Assembly (NCBI GenBank): GCA_002416285.1
Contig: DICM01000030.1
Coordinates: 2,468 to 66,467 of the forward strand
Direction: 5' to 3'
Source of the DNA: Bacillales bacterium UBA5026
GTDB lineage: Bacteria; Bacillota_I; Bacilli_A; RF39; UBA660
Length of the DNA: 64,000 bases
The notes beneath the pieces were generated by a model. It saw only the letters and a list, made by a program, of their open reading frames with translations, had not been told where the DNA came from and did not search any database. A program made the position numbers and the translations under genes. Of this stretch, positions 1 to 9,480 are shown piece after piece (positions within the stretch are counted from its first letter, which is position 1; the number at the start of each line of letters is the position of its first letter).

Positions 1-957
1 TTTTACTTCATTCGGATGGTGAGCATAATCATCAATAATAACATTAGAGCCTGCTACTGTTTCAGAAAATCTTCTTTTTGCTCCTTTAAAAGTTTTAAAA
101 ATCTTAGATATATCCCTAGCTTCCATACGTTCGTAATAGCAAGCAGCAATAACAGCTAAGGCATCTAAAAGCATATGCTTCCCATAAATCGGTAGATCAA
201 ATGCACCATAGTAGTTTCCTTCGACCTCAACTTCAAAACTAGTACCAGTCTCTTTATAGACAACATCAGTTGCACGAACATCGTTATCCTCATCCAACCC
301 ATAGAAGAAAATTGGTTTTGTCACTTCTAATGAATGTGTATAAGGATCATCACCACACGCTAAAATCATTTTCTCAGCTTTATTCGCATATTCCTGATAA
401 GCATCGATGACATCATCGATATTTTTAAAGTAATCAACATGATCTAAATCAATATTTGTAATAATAGCAATGTACGGTGTATAGTGTAAGAAATGTCTTC
501 TATACTCACATGCCTCTAAAGCAAAATATTCATTTTTAGGATCAGCAAAACCAGTTCCATCACCGATTAGGTAGTTTGCTCCTACCGTACCGTTTAAAAC
601 ATGCGCTAACATGGATGTTGTAGTCGTTTTCCCATGACATCCAGCAATCGTAATCGTTTTAAACTTTCTTGTCAGATGTCCAACCATTTCTGCATAGCTA
701 TACATCTTAAGTTCTAATTCTTTTGCTTTGGCAACTTCCACATTTTCCTCATGAAAAGTTGCTCCTCTTACAATTTTCATACCAGGTTGAATATTTTTCT
801 CGTCAAATGGTAGTACAGGGATTTCTAATTCATGAAGCCCAATTTCTGTAAAGAAATGCTCCTCTACGTCACTTCCTTGTACTTCATATCCTATACGTTT
901 CATAATTTGTGCTAATGCACTCATACCAGACCCTTTTATTCCAATAAAATGATACAT
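1..957 (-). CDS. murC: UDP-N-acetylmuramate--L-alanine ligase MurC. N-terminal about 318 aa; the C-terminus is cut by the window edge.
   Basis: Minus-strand translation begins MYHFIGIKGSGMSALAQIM and contains GCHGKTTTTSM, the Mur ligase P-loop. An AAGGAGA RBS lies 7 nt upstream of the ATG at 957. Confidence 0.9.
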   Translation of the reverse strand, partial: MYHFIGIKGSGMSALAQIMKRIGYEVQGSDVEEHFFTEIGLHELEIPVLPFDEKNIQPGMKIVRGATFHEENVEVAKAKELELKMYSYAEMVGHLTRKFKTITIAGCHGKTTTTSMLAHVLNGTVGANYLIGDGTGFADPKNEYFALEACEYRRHFLHYTPYIAIITNIDLDHVDYFKNIDDVIDAYQEYANKAEKMILACGDDPYTHSLEVTKPIFFYGLDEDNDVRATDVVYKETGTSFEVEVEGNYYGAFDLPIYGKHMLLDALAVIAACYYERMEARDISKIFKTFKGAKRRFSETVAGSNVIIDDYAHHPNEVK

Positions 958-969
958 AAATCCATCTCC

Positions 970-1665
970 TTATTGCGTTAAAAATTGAACAATGAATGGT
1001 CCTAAAACTAATAATAATATTAGTGGAACCACAAATAGAACGGAAATAATACTTACCCTATTCGGGATCTTATTGATTTGTCCTTTAATCTCTAAAATTT
1101 GTTTTCCTCTTAAGAAATCTATTTGATGATACATCGTATCAATAATATTATTTCCAAAAACACTCGTTTGAATCATGTTGAGAATAATATTATTGATTGT
1201 TTCAGAAGGAATCCTTTTTTTCATATCTTCTAAAGCTTCCATCAATGATTTACCAAATTTTACTTCAAATAGAGCTCTTTTAAATTCATTTGAAAGTTCT
1301 GAATCAACATTAAACACGGTAATGTCGAGTGCATTCTCTAAATTTCTTCCAGATTCTAAGGTAAGAGTTAGAATTTCAAAGAAATAAAGAGCTTCGTGAT
1401 CTAACTTCTGAATTCGCTTCTTAATTGGTACTTCTATTGTTACATAATAGTATAAGTAATAATAGACAATTGTTGCTAGTGGGGCATAAATATATCCCAT
1501 CTTAGCTGTATAAAGAATCACTAAGAACACCAGTAAAGATGAGAAAATACGAAAATTTAGAAATGCTTCTGTATTTAATTTTGTGTCTCCTAATAGAGCA
1601 ATTTTGGAATCGATCGCTTCGATATCCTTTCCTCTATAAATCTTTCTTACAAAGCTACCTTTCAT
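970..1665 (-). CDS. tadC: Tad pilus inner-membrane platform protein, TadC-like (T2SSF domain)
   Basis: 231 aa with three TM segments and a GspF/T2SSF-like cytoplasmic domain. Last gene of the flp-tad cluster. Confidence 0.65.
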   Translation of the reverse strand: MKGSFVRKIYRGKDIEAIDSKIALLGDTKLNTEAFLNFRIFSSLLVFLVILYTAKMGYIYAPLATIVYYYLYYYVTIEVPIKKRIQKLDHEALYFFEILTLTLESGRNLENALDITVFNVDSELSNEFKRALFEVKFGKSLMEALEDMKKRIPSETINNIILNMIQTSVFGNNIIDTMYHQIDFLRGKQILEIKGQINKIPNRVSIISVLFVVPLILLLVLGPFIVQFLTQ

Positions 1666-1669
1666 TTTC

Positions 1670-3184
1670 TCACATCCTTACTTTCATAATTTTTCTTACC
1701 AACATAATATAGACAGAATAAAGAATGAAAATAATACCAGAAAGCATTCTTCCTATATCAGTTGTAATTAGTGGTGACAAGTAAGTCGGGCTAATTAGTG
1801 AAATAAATAGGATAAATAAAATTGGGATGGCAATTAAAACTATTACAATAATTTTTGAACCACCTGTCAAAGATAATAGCTCCAATTTTAATTTTTTCTT
1901 ATTAAACATCGATGACTCTATCGATGAGAAGACTTTAATAATATTTCCACCAGTACGATTTAGAATCGATAATGATGCTGTTAAATAGGCGACTTCCTCT
2001 AATGCAACTCGTTTAGAAAACCGGTCAAATACAACATCCACTTCTAATCCAAAAGATAATTCCATTGCAATCTTCTCAAATTCTCTACCAATCGGTCCTT
2101 TTAATTCCTTTGTTACCAAATCCACAGCTTGTGTAATACTACGGCCTGATTTAAAAGCATTATTCATGATGATAATTGCTTGTAATAAATCATTTTCAAG
2201 TTCGTTACGGTACAGTTTATATCTTGAGATAAAAATTAAATCTGGTAAGAAAAAGCCAAAAATAATCGGTAATACTGACTCATATAAAGTAATTACTTGA
2301 TACTGAATTGTTTTAGAAAAGATCGCTACTACTAATAATACACCAGCAGATAAAAACTTACAAGAAATTAAATCAATTTCATCCTCATAAACAGAGTGAT
2401 AAATCGGTAAATACTTACGGTATTTCTTTGAGTGTTTCTGTAAAAATACAGACTTCTTCAAATACCCTCTCATTTTTTCTAAAACTGACCGATAAAATTT
2501 CCCGAGTTTATCCGTAAACGATTCAGAATTGTTTCGAATCGGATCGACACTATATTTAGCTAAACGTCTTTCTAGGGATAAACTACGGCGATAAATGATA
2601 ACTCTCCATAAAAGTAACGCTAAAAGAGTAATGATTACAATCTGAATAGCTAATAAACTACTTCCAGGATCTCTTATAACATTTAGTGGAACCGTTTTCG
2701 TTGTTATATTACCGGCACCATCACTAACTGTGAAAGTAATTTCAGTTAATCCTATTTTTGAAAGATCTAGCTCGTCGATATTAGATGTAATCGATTTTGT
2801 TAAGTTCCCAGTTTGCTCATCATAAGCTTTGACATAATTACTGAAATCTAATTCTTGTCCTTTTTTTGTTTGATACACTGTGAGAGAACTATCTTGTACT
2901 GTAATAACTGGCTTTTCAAAATCTAACTTATAAAGACCACTCATTTGGGTACTAGAACTGTTTGCCCCATACTCAGTTACTCTTATTTGGAATGTACCTG
3001 TTTCCGTTAGCGGAATTGTAATTGCTTTTGATGTGGTTATTTCATATGTTTCATAACTGTTACCATCTTTAAGTATTTCATACATTAACTTCCTTGTTGT
3101 GGAATGAGGAGTAAAAACAATATTCAGTTCTTGATTTCCTGTTTGTTCTTGACTTTCTAAAGAAAATCCAGAATTTCCCTGCAT
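1670..3184 (-). CDS. tadB: TadB-like platform protein with an N-terminal Ig-like (DUF5011-type) domain
   Basis: The C-terminal half carries the T2SSF domain and TM helices. The N-terminal 190 aa show a DUF5011-like beta-sandwich (TFTVSDGAGNITTKTVPLNV). Start reassigned to the ATG at 3184 (MQGNSGF), which has an AAGGAGGG RBS. Confidence 0.7.
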   Translation of the reverse strand: MQGNSGFSLESQEQTGNQELNIVFTPHSTTRKLMYEILKDGNSYETYEITTSKAITIPLTETGTFQIRVTEYGANSSSTQMSGLYKLDFEKPVITVQDSSLTVYQTKKGQELDFSNYVKAYDEQTGNLTKSITSNIDELDLSKIGLTEITFTVSDGAGNITTKTVPLNVIRDPGSSLLAIQIVIITLLALLLWRVIIYRRSLSLERRLAKYSVDPIRNNSESFTDKLGKFYRSVLEKMRGYLKKSVFLQKHSKKYRKYLPIYHSVYEDEIDLISCKFLSAGVLLVVAIFSKTIQYQVITLYESVLPIIFGFFLPDLIFISRYKLYRNELENDLLQAIIIMNNAFKSGRSITQAVDLVTKELKGPIGREFEKIAMELSFGLEVDVVFDRFSKRVALEEVAYLTASLSILNRTGGNIIKVFSSIESSMFNKKKLKLELLSLTGGSKIIVIVLIAIPILFILFISLISPTYLSPLITTDIGRMLSGIIFILYSVYIMLVRKIMKVRM

Positions 3185-3197
3185 ATAGTATCCCTCC

Positions 3198-4523
3198 TTA
3201 TGATTCAAAAATATCTTTCATTGTGTCGATTCCACGAGCCACAATTTTATCATATACATTCGGTACAAAATCGTATTTGACGAATTCCCCAATCACTTCT
3301 CGATCAGATAAAACTCCTGTTTGATTAAATGCGAAAATCTCATTCAAATGAATAACATCATCATCAAATCCTGTTACTTCACAAATACTTGTTACTTTTC
3401 TTTTTCCGTCGCTTAACCGTTGAATATGAACGACAATGTCGATCGCATTTTCGATATATTCGCGAAGAGCTTTAACTGGGATTTCCATTCCGGCCATCAA
3501 AATCATCGTTTCAAGACGGTTTAAAGCATCGGCAGGAGAATTGGCATGCATGGTTGTTAAACTACCATTATGCCCTGTATTCATCGCTTGAAGCATATCG
3601 AATGCTTCTTTTCCACGAACTTCTCCAACAATAATTCTATCTGGTCTCATACGAAGGGAATTTATTACTAAATCACGAATTGTGATTTCACCCTGTCCTT
3701 CATAATTAGTAAGTCTTGTTTCAAGTGAAATAACATGTTCTTGTTCTAATTTCAACTCAGCTGCATCTTCAATCGTAATAATTCGTTCCTCATGACCGAT
3801 AAAAGAAGATAAAACATTTAGTAAGGTGGTCTTTCCTCCACCAGTTCCTCCACATATAATAAGGTTTAATTTGGCCTGAACACAAGCCTGTAGAAAACGA
3901 GCCATATATGGTGTAAGCGTTCCGGTTCTAAGAAAGTCATCGACATTTGCTAGTTCTTCTTTGAATTTACGAATTGTCATAACTGGTCCGTTTAATGAAA
4001 GTGGCGGTACTACTGCATTTAATCTGGATCCATCTTCTAGTCTCGCATCTACCATTGGATTAGCTGTATCAATCGTCCGTCCAAGCGGTTGGATCATTCG
4101 TTGAATGGTTCTTACAATATGCTCTTCATTAATGAAAGAGATACTTGTATCGCGAATAATATTACCATCTAATTCAATATAGATTTCATTTGTTCCGTTA
4201 ACCATAATTTCCGTAATTTCTTTATCATTTAATAACTCTGTTAATGGACCATAGCCACTAATTTCATTATCGATTAGATTGTATAAATAGTTGCGTTCAA
4301 CGTTGGTTAGGTCATATCCTTCAATCGTCGCATCGATTTCTTTCTTAACAAATTCATCCATGCTTTTCACATTTGTAACGTTGTGATCGATTAGATTTTG
4401 AATGATCTTATTTCTAAGCTCATCTAATAAATGTTTATTTTTAAAGGCATCATAGTCATCTATCTCTTGAAAACTGGCAGATTCTAACTTTACTTCAAAT
4501 TCATCGACGAAATTTCTTGCCAT
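3198..4523 (-). CDS. tadA: Tad/Flp pilus assembly ATPase TadA/CpaF (VirB11 family)
   Basis: Walker A motif GGTGGGKTT, and CpaF-type motifs throughout. Confidence 0.9.
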   Translation of the reverse strand: MARNFVDEFEVKLESASFQEIDDYDAFKNKHLLDELRNKIIQNLIDHNVTNVKSMDEFVKKEIDATIEGYDLTNVERNYLYNLIDNEISGYGPLTELLNDKEITEIMVNGTNEIYIELDGNIIRDTSISFINEEHIVRTIQRMIQPLGRTIDTANPMVDARLEDGSRLNAVVPPLSLNGPVMTIRKFKEELANVDDFLRTGTLTPYMARFLQACVQAKLNLIICGGTGGGKTTLLNVLSSFIGHEERIITIEDAAELKLEQEHVISLETRLTNYEGQGEITIRDLVINSLRMRPDRIIVGEVRGKEAFDMLQAMNTGHNGSLTTMHANSPADALNRLETMILMAGMEIPVKALREYIENAIDIVVHIQRLSDGKRKVTSICEVTGFDDDVIHLNEIFAFNQTGVLSDREVIGEFVKYDFVPNVYDKIVARGIDTMKDIFES

Positions 4524-5290
4524 TAGTTTCGGCCCCTTTCTTTTAATAGTGCATTAGCAATTTTCTTTAAATTATCAAAACCCTTTTTATGTAATCTCAT
4601 AACACCTTTTTCAAGAGTTAATATTTTGCCATCCATAACGTATTTATCAATATTTTTGATATAAAAACTGCTTGGAATTGTATAGTCGATATTATCATTA
4701 ATAATGTTTTTCATATCGTACTTTGTAAAATAATTTCCTCTTTTATCTACTGAATCATTTAAAATGATTTTATAATTGTTACGACCCATATCACGATAGA
4801 TAGAAACCATTGTTCTCATATTCTTTAAATCCATTGGATCATTTGTAATCAAGTATAAAATTTCATCACTAACATCCATAGTAACTAAGTTAATATCGTT
4901 TAAGACAGGACTTGAATCAATCAAAATGATATCATATTTCAACTTTGCTTTCGATAGTACGATTTGAAGATATTTACTATTAATCTTTCCTGCTGTTCTT
5001 GGATCTTTCGGAGATGCGATGACATCGATATTTTCCATAAACGGAGTAACATAATCGTTTAAATTATCAAAACGATTGTTATTTAAATCGTCAACAAGCG
5101 TAAAAAGATCAGCTGTTGGTTCAATGTTTAAAGAAGCAGCAACAGAACCAGTATATAGATCAAAATCCATAATTAATACTCGCTTTTCCATTTCTTTAAA
5201 AATTCCAGCTAAGTTTAAAACAGTAGTTGTTTTACCTGTTCCTCCTTTTACAGAAGTTACAAAAAATATCTTTGCTTGTTGTAGTGCCAT
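4523..5290 (-). CDS. CpaE/TadZ-like ParA/MinD-family ATPase of the Tad locus
   Basis: Deviant Walker A VKGGTGKTTT. Sits between tadA and the tadE-like genes. Confidence 0.75.
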   Translation of the reverse strand: MALQQAKIFFVTSVKGGTGKTTTVLNLAGIFKEMEKRVLIMDFDLYTGSVAASLNIEPTADLFTLVDDLNNNRFDNLNDYVTPFMENIDVIASPKDPRTAGKINSKYLQIVLSKAKLKYDIILIDSSPVLNDINLVTMDVSDEILYLITNDPMDLKNMRTMVSIYRDMGRNNYKIILNDSVDKRGNYFTKYDMKNIINDNIDYTIPSSFYIKNIDKYVMDGKILTLEKGVMRLHKKGFDNLKKIANALLKERGRN

Positions 5291-5294
5291 ACTA

Positions 5295-5663
5295 TCATCC
5301 TTTCACAATTCTTATTTTATCTTCTACTTTGTATGCTCGATAAGAAAGTTTGTACTTCTCTTGTTTTGTTCCTAAGAGATGGGTAAATATCGTTTTTGTT
5401 TCAAGTGTTACACTAGCGTCAATTCGCTCACCTAACATCAAGTCGATATTAATTGCCTTTTTTAAATTTTTATTCATCAATGCACGGATTTCCGTTTCAT
5501 CAAGGTTTTCCTCTAAAGCAGTTTTTAAGATTCGTTTCATCTCAGATTCTGCTTCTAATTTAGTTAAAGTTACACTCCCATAATCGATTACTATTCCAAG
5601 TAACATTAGAATGATTGGGAGCATGAGGGCGAATACAACTAATACCTGTCCTCTATTTTTCAT
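5295..5663 (-). CDS. TadE-like minor pilin (pseudopilin)
   Basis: 122 aa. The N-terminus MKNRG-QVLVVF follows a G-x4-hydrophobic leader, then a TM helix. Confidence 0.55.
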   Translation of the reverse strand: MKNRGQVLVVFALMLPIILMLLGIVIDYGSVTLTKLEAESEMKRILKTALEENLDETEIRALMNKNLKKAINIDLMLGERIDASVTLETKTIFTHLLGTKQEKYKLSYRAYKVEDKIRIVKG

Positions 5664-5985
5664 AGACCGTCGTTTCCACTTCTATTTTGTTTTTCAATAC
5701 TTGATCTAGTCCAGGAGTTGTAATTTTGAGCGATTTAGAAAGTGTAATTGTTGTTAGTTGATCTTTCTTTTCAATTCCAATATTAAGCCTTTTTTTCTGA
5801 ACATACGCTGTATATTCGTCAAATTTCTTGTCTTGGTACAAATCCGCTACGACATCGAGCTCATTCATCAATTGGTACCTTTGATAAAACACATTTCCAA
5901 TATCAAATAACCCTAAGAAAATAAGTAATAAAATCGGTAAAATCAAGATAAATTCGACTAGAGCTTGTCCTTTTTGATCTTTCAT
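5653..5985 (-). CDS. TadE-like minor pilin (pseudopilin)
   Basis: The N-terminus MKDQKG-QALVEF is a TadE/Flp-type prepilin motif, followed by a hydrophobic helix. Confidence 0.65.
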   Translation of the reverse strand: MKDQKGQALVEFILILPILLLIFLGLFDIGNVFYQRYQLMNELDVVADLYQDKKFDEYTAYVQKKRLNIGIEKKDQLTTITLSKSLKITTPGLDQVLKNKIEVETTVYEK

Positions 5986-6029
5986 AAACCACCTCTATCT
6001 TGTATCATTATACCGTAAATTTTGCTCTG

Positions 6030-6060
6030 AAACAACAAAAAATGATACAAAGTATCATTT
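6030..6060 (-). terminator. Hairpin plus T-run immediately after the flp pilin stop (attenuator/terminator)
   Basis: Minus strand reads AATGATAC-TTT-GTATCATT followed by TTTTGTTGTTTC. The hairpin overlaps the flp stop codon. Confidence 0.5.
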
Positions 6061-6256
6061 ATCGATCTACACAGGCTCCCTCACCAGGTTTAGAACCTTC
6101 TACATATACTTTATCTACAAGATCACAAGATGATTTCACCATCGAATCGTGTAAATAACCTCCGAGTAACTTAACCACTCCTACAACAACCACACTAATT
6201 ACTGCAATAATTAATAAGTATTCGACAAGTGCTTGTCCTTTTCTATTTAATTTCAT
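6059..6256 (-). CDS. flp: Flp-family type IVb prepilin
   Basis: 65 aa. MKLNRKG-QALVEYLLIIAVISVVVVG fits the Flp motif G/xxxxEY plus a hydrophobic stretch. AGGAGGT RBS. Confidence 0.8.
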   Translation of the reverse strand: MKLNRKGQALVEYLLIIAVISVVVVGVVKLLGGYLHDSMVKSSCDLVDKVYVEGSKPGEGACVDR

Positions 6257-6311
6257 AAGAATAACCTCCTGCTACTATAACTATACACATCTTATAACGT
6301 TTTTCAAAATT

Positions 6312-6340
6312 TGTCAATTAAAATTATTTATGTTATATTA
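6312..6340 (-). promoter_or_regulatory. flp promoter
   Basis: Minus strand shows TTGACA (plus 6312-6317), a 17-nt spacer, then TAAGAT, upstream of the AGGAGGT RBS. The -35 is palindromic with the plus-strand TTGTCA. Confidence 0.45.
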
Positions 6341-6355
6341 TTTTCTGGTGATAGT

Positions 6356-6691
6356 ATGAACGTTTTAATAGGAAATTCTACAGTTCCAATAGTTGTTTGT
6401 TCCAAATTTTGGAAAAGATTTAAAGGAATGATGTTTCGTAAAAAAACTGATCAAGGTTATTATTTTCCTAATTGTAATGGAATTCATACCTTTTTTATGA
6501 TTCAGCCAATTGATGTTGTCTTGACTGATCAAAATGACATCATTCTATATCATTATAAAAACATAAAACCATGGAAGATAATTTTACCAAAAAGAAATGT
6601 AAAAAATACATATGAATTTCCTATTGGAATTCTACTTGGCATTGAAATCGGTAATAAGATAACAAAAGTCAAAAAAATTGATAGTCAATAG
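6356..6691 (+). CDS. DUF192-family protein
   Basis: Contains GMMFRK...NGIHTFFMIQPIDVVLTD, the DUF192 signature. The ORF track starts at a TTG at 6311, but the ATG at 6356 is more plausible because a GGTGA RBS precedes it. Confidence 0.55.
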   Translation: MNVLIGNSTVPIVVCSKFWKRFKGMMFRKKTDQGYYFPNCNGIHTFFMIQPIDVVLTDQNDIILYHYKNIKPWKIILPKRNVKNTYEFPIGILLGIEIGNKITKVKKIDSQ

Positions 6692-6710
6692 CTATCAATT
6701 TTTTTAATTC

Positions 6711-7586
6711 TTATTTATTATTGATTTGATTCATAACTTCAGTAGCAAAGTCTTCTTCTTTTTTTTCAATACCCTCTCCTACTTCAAAACGAATCATATT
6801 AATGATTGAACCACCATTATTTTTTACATAAGTTGAAACACTGATGTCACCATCTTTAACAAATGGTTGCTCTTCAAGACAAATTTCTTTATAGTATTTT
6901 TGAATACGTCCTTCAACCATTTTTTCAGCGATTTCTGCTGGTTTTCCTTCATTGATTGCTTGTTCTTTTAGAACTTCTCTCTCACGGTCTAATTCATCAG
7001 CAGGAACATTTTCCTTACGAATGTATTTTGGACGCATTGCTGCTGCATGCATAGCAACATCTTTTGCAACTTCTTCTGAAGTTCCTTCAACAATTGTTAA
7101 AACTGCAATTCTACCACCCATATGGATATATGAACCAAATGATTCACTATCGGTTTTTTCAACTTTTGCAAAACGACGAAAACTTAATTTTTCACCAATC
7201 TTAGCTGTTTTTGCAATAAGGTAGTCGTTAATTGTAGCTCCTTCATATGGAAGAGCTAAAATAGATTCTTCATCTTCTACATCATTATTCATAATTGTTG
7301 CTAAAAGTACATTAACTAATTCTTTAAATTCTTCATTTTTAGCAACAAAATCTGTTTCTGAGTTTACTTCTACTACTACAGCTTTATTTCCATCAACTAA
7401 AATAGCAGCAGTTCCTTCAGCAGCAATACGATCTGCTTTTTTTGCAGCTTTAGAAATTCCTTTTTCTCTTAACCAATCGATAGAAGCATTAATATCACCA
7501 TTATTTGCTTCAAGTGCTTTTTTACAGTCAAGCATTCCTGCTCCTGTTTTTTCTCTTAGCTCTTTTACTAAACTTGCACTAATCAT
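6711..7586 (-). CDS. tsf: Elongation factor Ts
   Basis: MISASLVKELREKTGAGMLDCKKAL is the EF-Ts N-terminal UBA-like motif. Confidence 0.95.
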   Translation of the reverse strand: MISASLVKELREKTGAGMLDCKKALEANNGDINASIDWLREKGISKAAKKADRIAAEGTAAILVDGNKAVVVEVNSETDFVAKNEEFKELVNVLLATIMNNDVEDEESILALPYEGATINDYLIAKTAKIGEKLSFRRFAKVEKTDSESFGSYIHMGGRIAVLTIVEGTSEEVAKDVAMHAAAMRPKYIRKENVPADELDREREVLKEQAINEGKPAEIAEKMVEGRIQKYYKEICLEEQPFVKDGDISVSTYVKNNGGSIINMIRFEVGEGIEKKEEDFATEVMNQINNK

Positions 7587-7637
7587 AATTATTCCTCCTC
7601 ATTATATAAAAAGATGATATAAAATCATCTTTCTCTT

Positions 7638-8708
7638 TTATCTTAAAGCTTCAATAAGCTCAGCTTTTTTCATTGTAGAATATCCTTTAACTTCTTTGCT
7701 TTTAGCCATTTCACGAAGTTCAGAAACTGTTAATTTATCGAAATCAACATTAGCTTTTTCTTGTTTTTCTTCTTTAACTTCGGCTGTTTTTGGACGTTCT
7801 TCATTTTGTGGCTTGAAAGATTTTTTATTATCATTTACATATCGTTCATTACGATTTTGATATTCTCCTGAACGGTTATTGTTGTATGGACGATTATTGT
7901 TTCGGTTGTTTTTGAAATCTTTTTTTGGACGATCTTCTTTTCTCTTAACAGATTCTACAGCACGTTCCATAATAGAGGCGGCACTGTCTTGATTACGATC
8001 TTCTTCTTTTACATAGTCAACTAATTTTCCACCGTTAGCTTCTACAACTGCATTAGCCATTACACCAGTAATTAGTTTAACAGCACGAATTGCATCGTCA
8101 TTTCCTGGAATTACATAGTCAACCATATCTGGATCACAGTTCGTATCAACAATTCCAAATACTGGAATATTTAATTTTCTTGCTTCACGAATTGCAATTT
8201 CTTCTTTTGTTGGGTCAACAATATACAAAGCTTCTGGTAATTTGTACATTTCACGAATACCACATAACAATTTATTTAGTTTGTCATATTCCTTTTTAAG
8301 TCCAATTACTTCTTTCTTTGGAAGTAGATCAAAAGTCCCATCTTTTTCCATTTTTTCGATTTCTTCTAGACGTTTCACACGACGACGAATTGTTTTGAAA
8401 TTCGTTAATGTTCCACCTAACCAACGTTCTGCAACATAGTAAGAATTAGAACGTTCTGCTTCTTCCTTAATTGCTTCGCTAGCTTGTTTTCTAGTACCAA
8501 CAAATAATACTTTTCCTCCATTTGCAGCAATAGCTCTTAAAGCTTCATAAGCTTCTTCGATTTTCTTTGCTGTTTTTTGTAAATCGATAATATAGATATC
8601 ATCTCTTGATGTAAAAATATATTCTTTCATTTTTGGGTTCCAACGTTTCGTCTGATGACCAAAGTGAACTCCCGCTTCGAGTAAATAACTCATAGACACA
8701 ACTGCCAT
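7638..8708 (-). CDS. rpsB: 30S ribosomal protein S2 with a roughly 110-aa C-terminal extension ending in a Rho_N/SAP-like motif
   Basis: [36 protein letters not shown] lies 8 nt upstream of the ATG at 8708, so the ORF-track start at 8759 is too long. The tail contains [33 protein letters not shown]. Confidence 0.9.
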   Translation of the reverse strand: MAVVSMSYLLEAGVHFGHQTKRWNPKMKEYIFTSRDDIYIIDLQKTAKKIEEAYEALRAIAANGGKVLFVGTRKQASEAIKEEAERSNSYYVAERWLGGTLTNFKTIRRRVKRLEEIEKMEKDGTFDLLPKKEVIGLKKEYDKLNKLLCGIREMYKLPEALYIVDPTKEEIAIREARKLNIPVFGIVDTNCDPDMVDYVIPGNDDAIRAVKLITGVMANAVVEANGGKLVDYVKEEDRNQDSAASIMERAVESVKRKEDRPKKDFKNNRNNNRPYNNNRSGEYQNRNERYVNDNKKSFKPQNEERPKTAEVKEEKQEKANVDFDKLTVSELREMAKSKEVKGYSTMKKAELIEALR

Positions 8709-8877
8709 ATTTTTTCCTCCTTTTGTTTGTTCCTCCATTACTTCAACTTTCTGAATCACCTTTCGGCACTAGACTCAAAAATCCATAATGTGTGTATTTG
8801 AAAAAGCCAACGTTATTGTATCATAAATTGCTTTTAAAAAACAAGCTAAAATAGTTAAAAGTTAAGTTTTTCATCGA

Positions 8878-9480
8878 TTATTTTCGCAATATTTCTTGTT
8901 TACTTTGCTCAAGTCGATCAAAATAGCAAGTTTTACAAACAGACTCATAGGTAATATTATCTTCTCCATCGATTGCAACTTGATTCCCTTCAAAGACATC
9001 TTGACCATTATTCATACGGATTACAAATGTTGCTTTCGATCCACATTTACAGATTGTCTTCATTTCCTCGATAGTATCGGCAATTTGTAAAAGTCTAGTC
9101 GATCCTGCCCAACCTTTATTAAAGGCATCGGTTCGAAGTCCATAAGCAATTACCGGAATTGCTAATTGAATAGTAACCTGTAATAATTGATCTGCTTGAA
9201 TCGGTTCTAAAAATTGTGCTTCATCAACTAAAATACAATTCGCACAAGAATAATGATCTTTTACGATTGCAAGTAAGTTATCGGTTGATTTGATTAACCA
9301 GTCTACCTTGCGTGTTTCCCCCATTCGATTGATGATAGTGTCTCCGCCTTTTGTATCAAGTGTTGCTTTCATAATAACAGGTGTCATTTCCTGTTCTTCA
9401 TAATTATGTGCGGTCATTAATAGATGGGTTGTTTTTCCACAGTTCATAGCTCCATAGCGGAAATATAATTTTTTACTCAT
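8878..9480 (-). CDS. tdk: Thymidine kinase
   Basis: MSKKLYFRYGAMNCGKTTHLL P-loop and C-terminal Cys zinc ribbon. Confidence 0.9.
   Translation of the reverse strand: MSKKLYFRYGAMNCGKTTHLLMTAHNYEEQEMTPVIMKATLDTKGGDTIINRMGETRKVDWLIKSTDNLLAIVKDHYSCANCILVDEAQFLEPIQADQLLQVTIQLAIPVIAYGLRTDAFNKGWAGSTRLLQIADTIEEMKTICKCGSKATFVIRMNNGQDVFEGNQVAIDGEDNITYESVCKTCYFDRLEQSKQEILRK

Noticed and set aside
5076-5583. Plus-strand ORFs 5076-5375 and 5350-5583 antisense to cpaE/tadE
   Set aside because: They lie inside a tightly packed minus-strand operon and have no RBS.
6311-6691. The DUF192 ORF as the missing Tad prepilin peptidase
   Set aside because: It has no multi-pass membrane topology and no A24 aspartate motifs. 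The sequence matches the DUF192 signature instead.
8090-8439. Plus-strand ORFs antisense to rpsB
   Set aside because: They lie inside a highly conserved ribosomal protein gene and are spurious.
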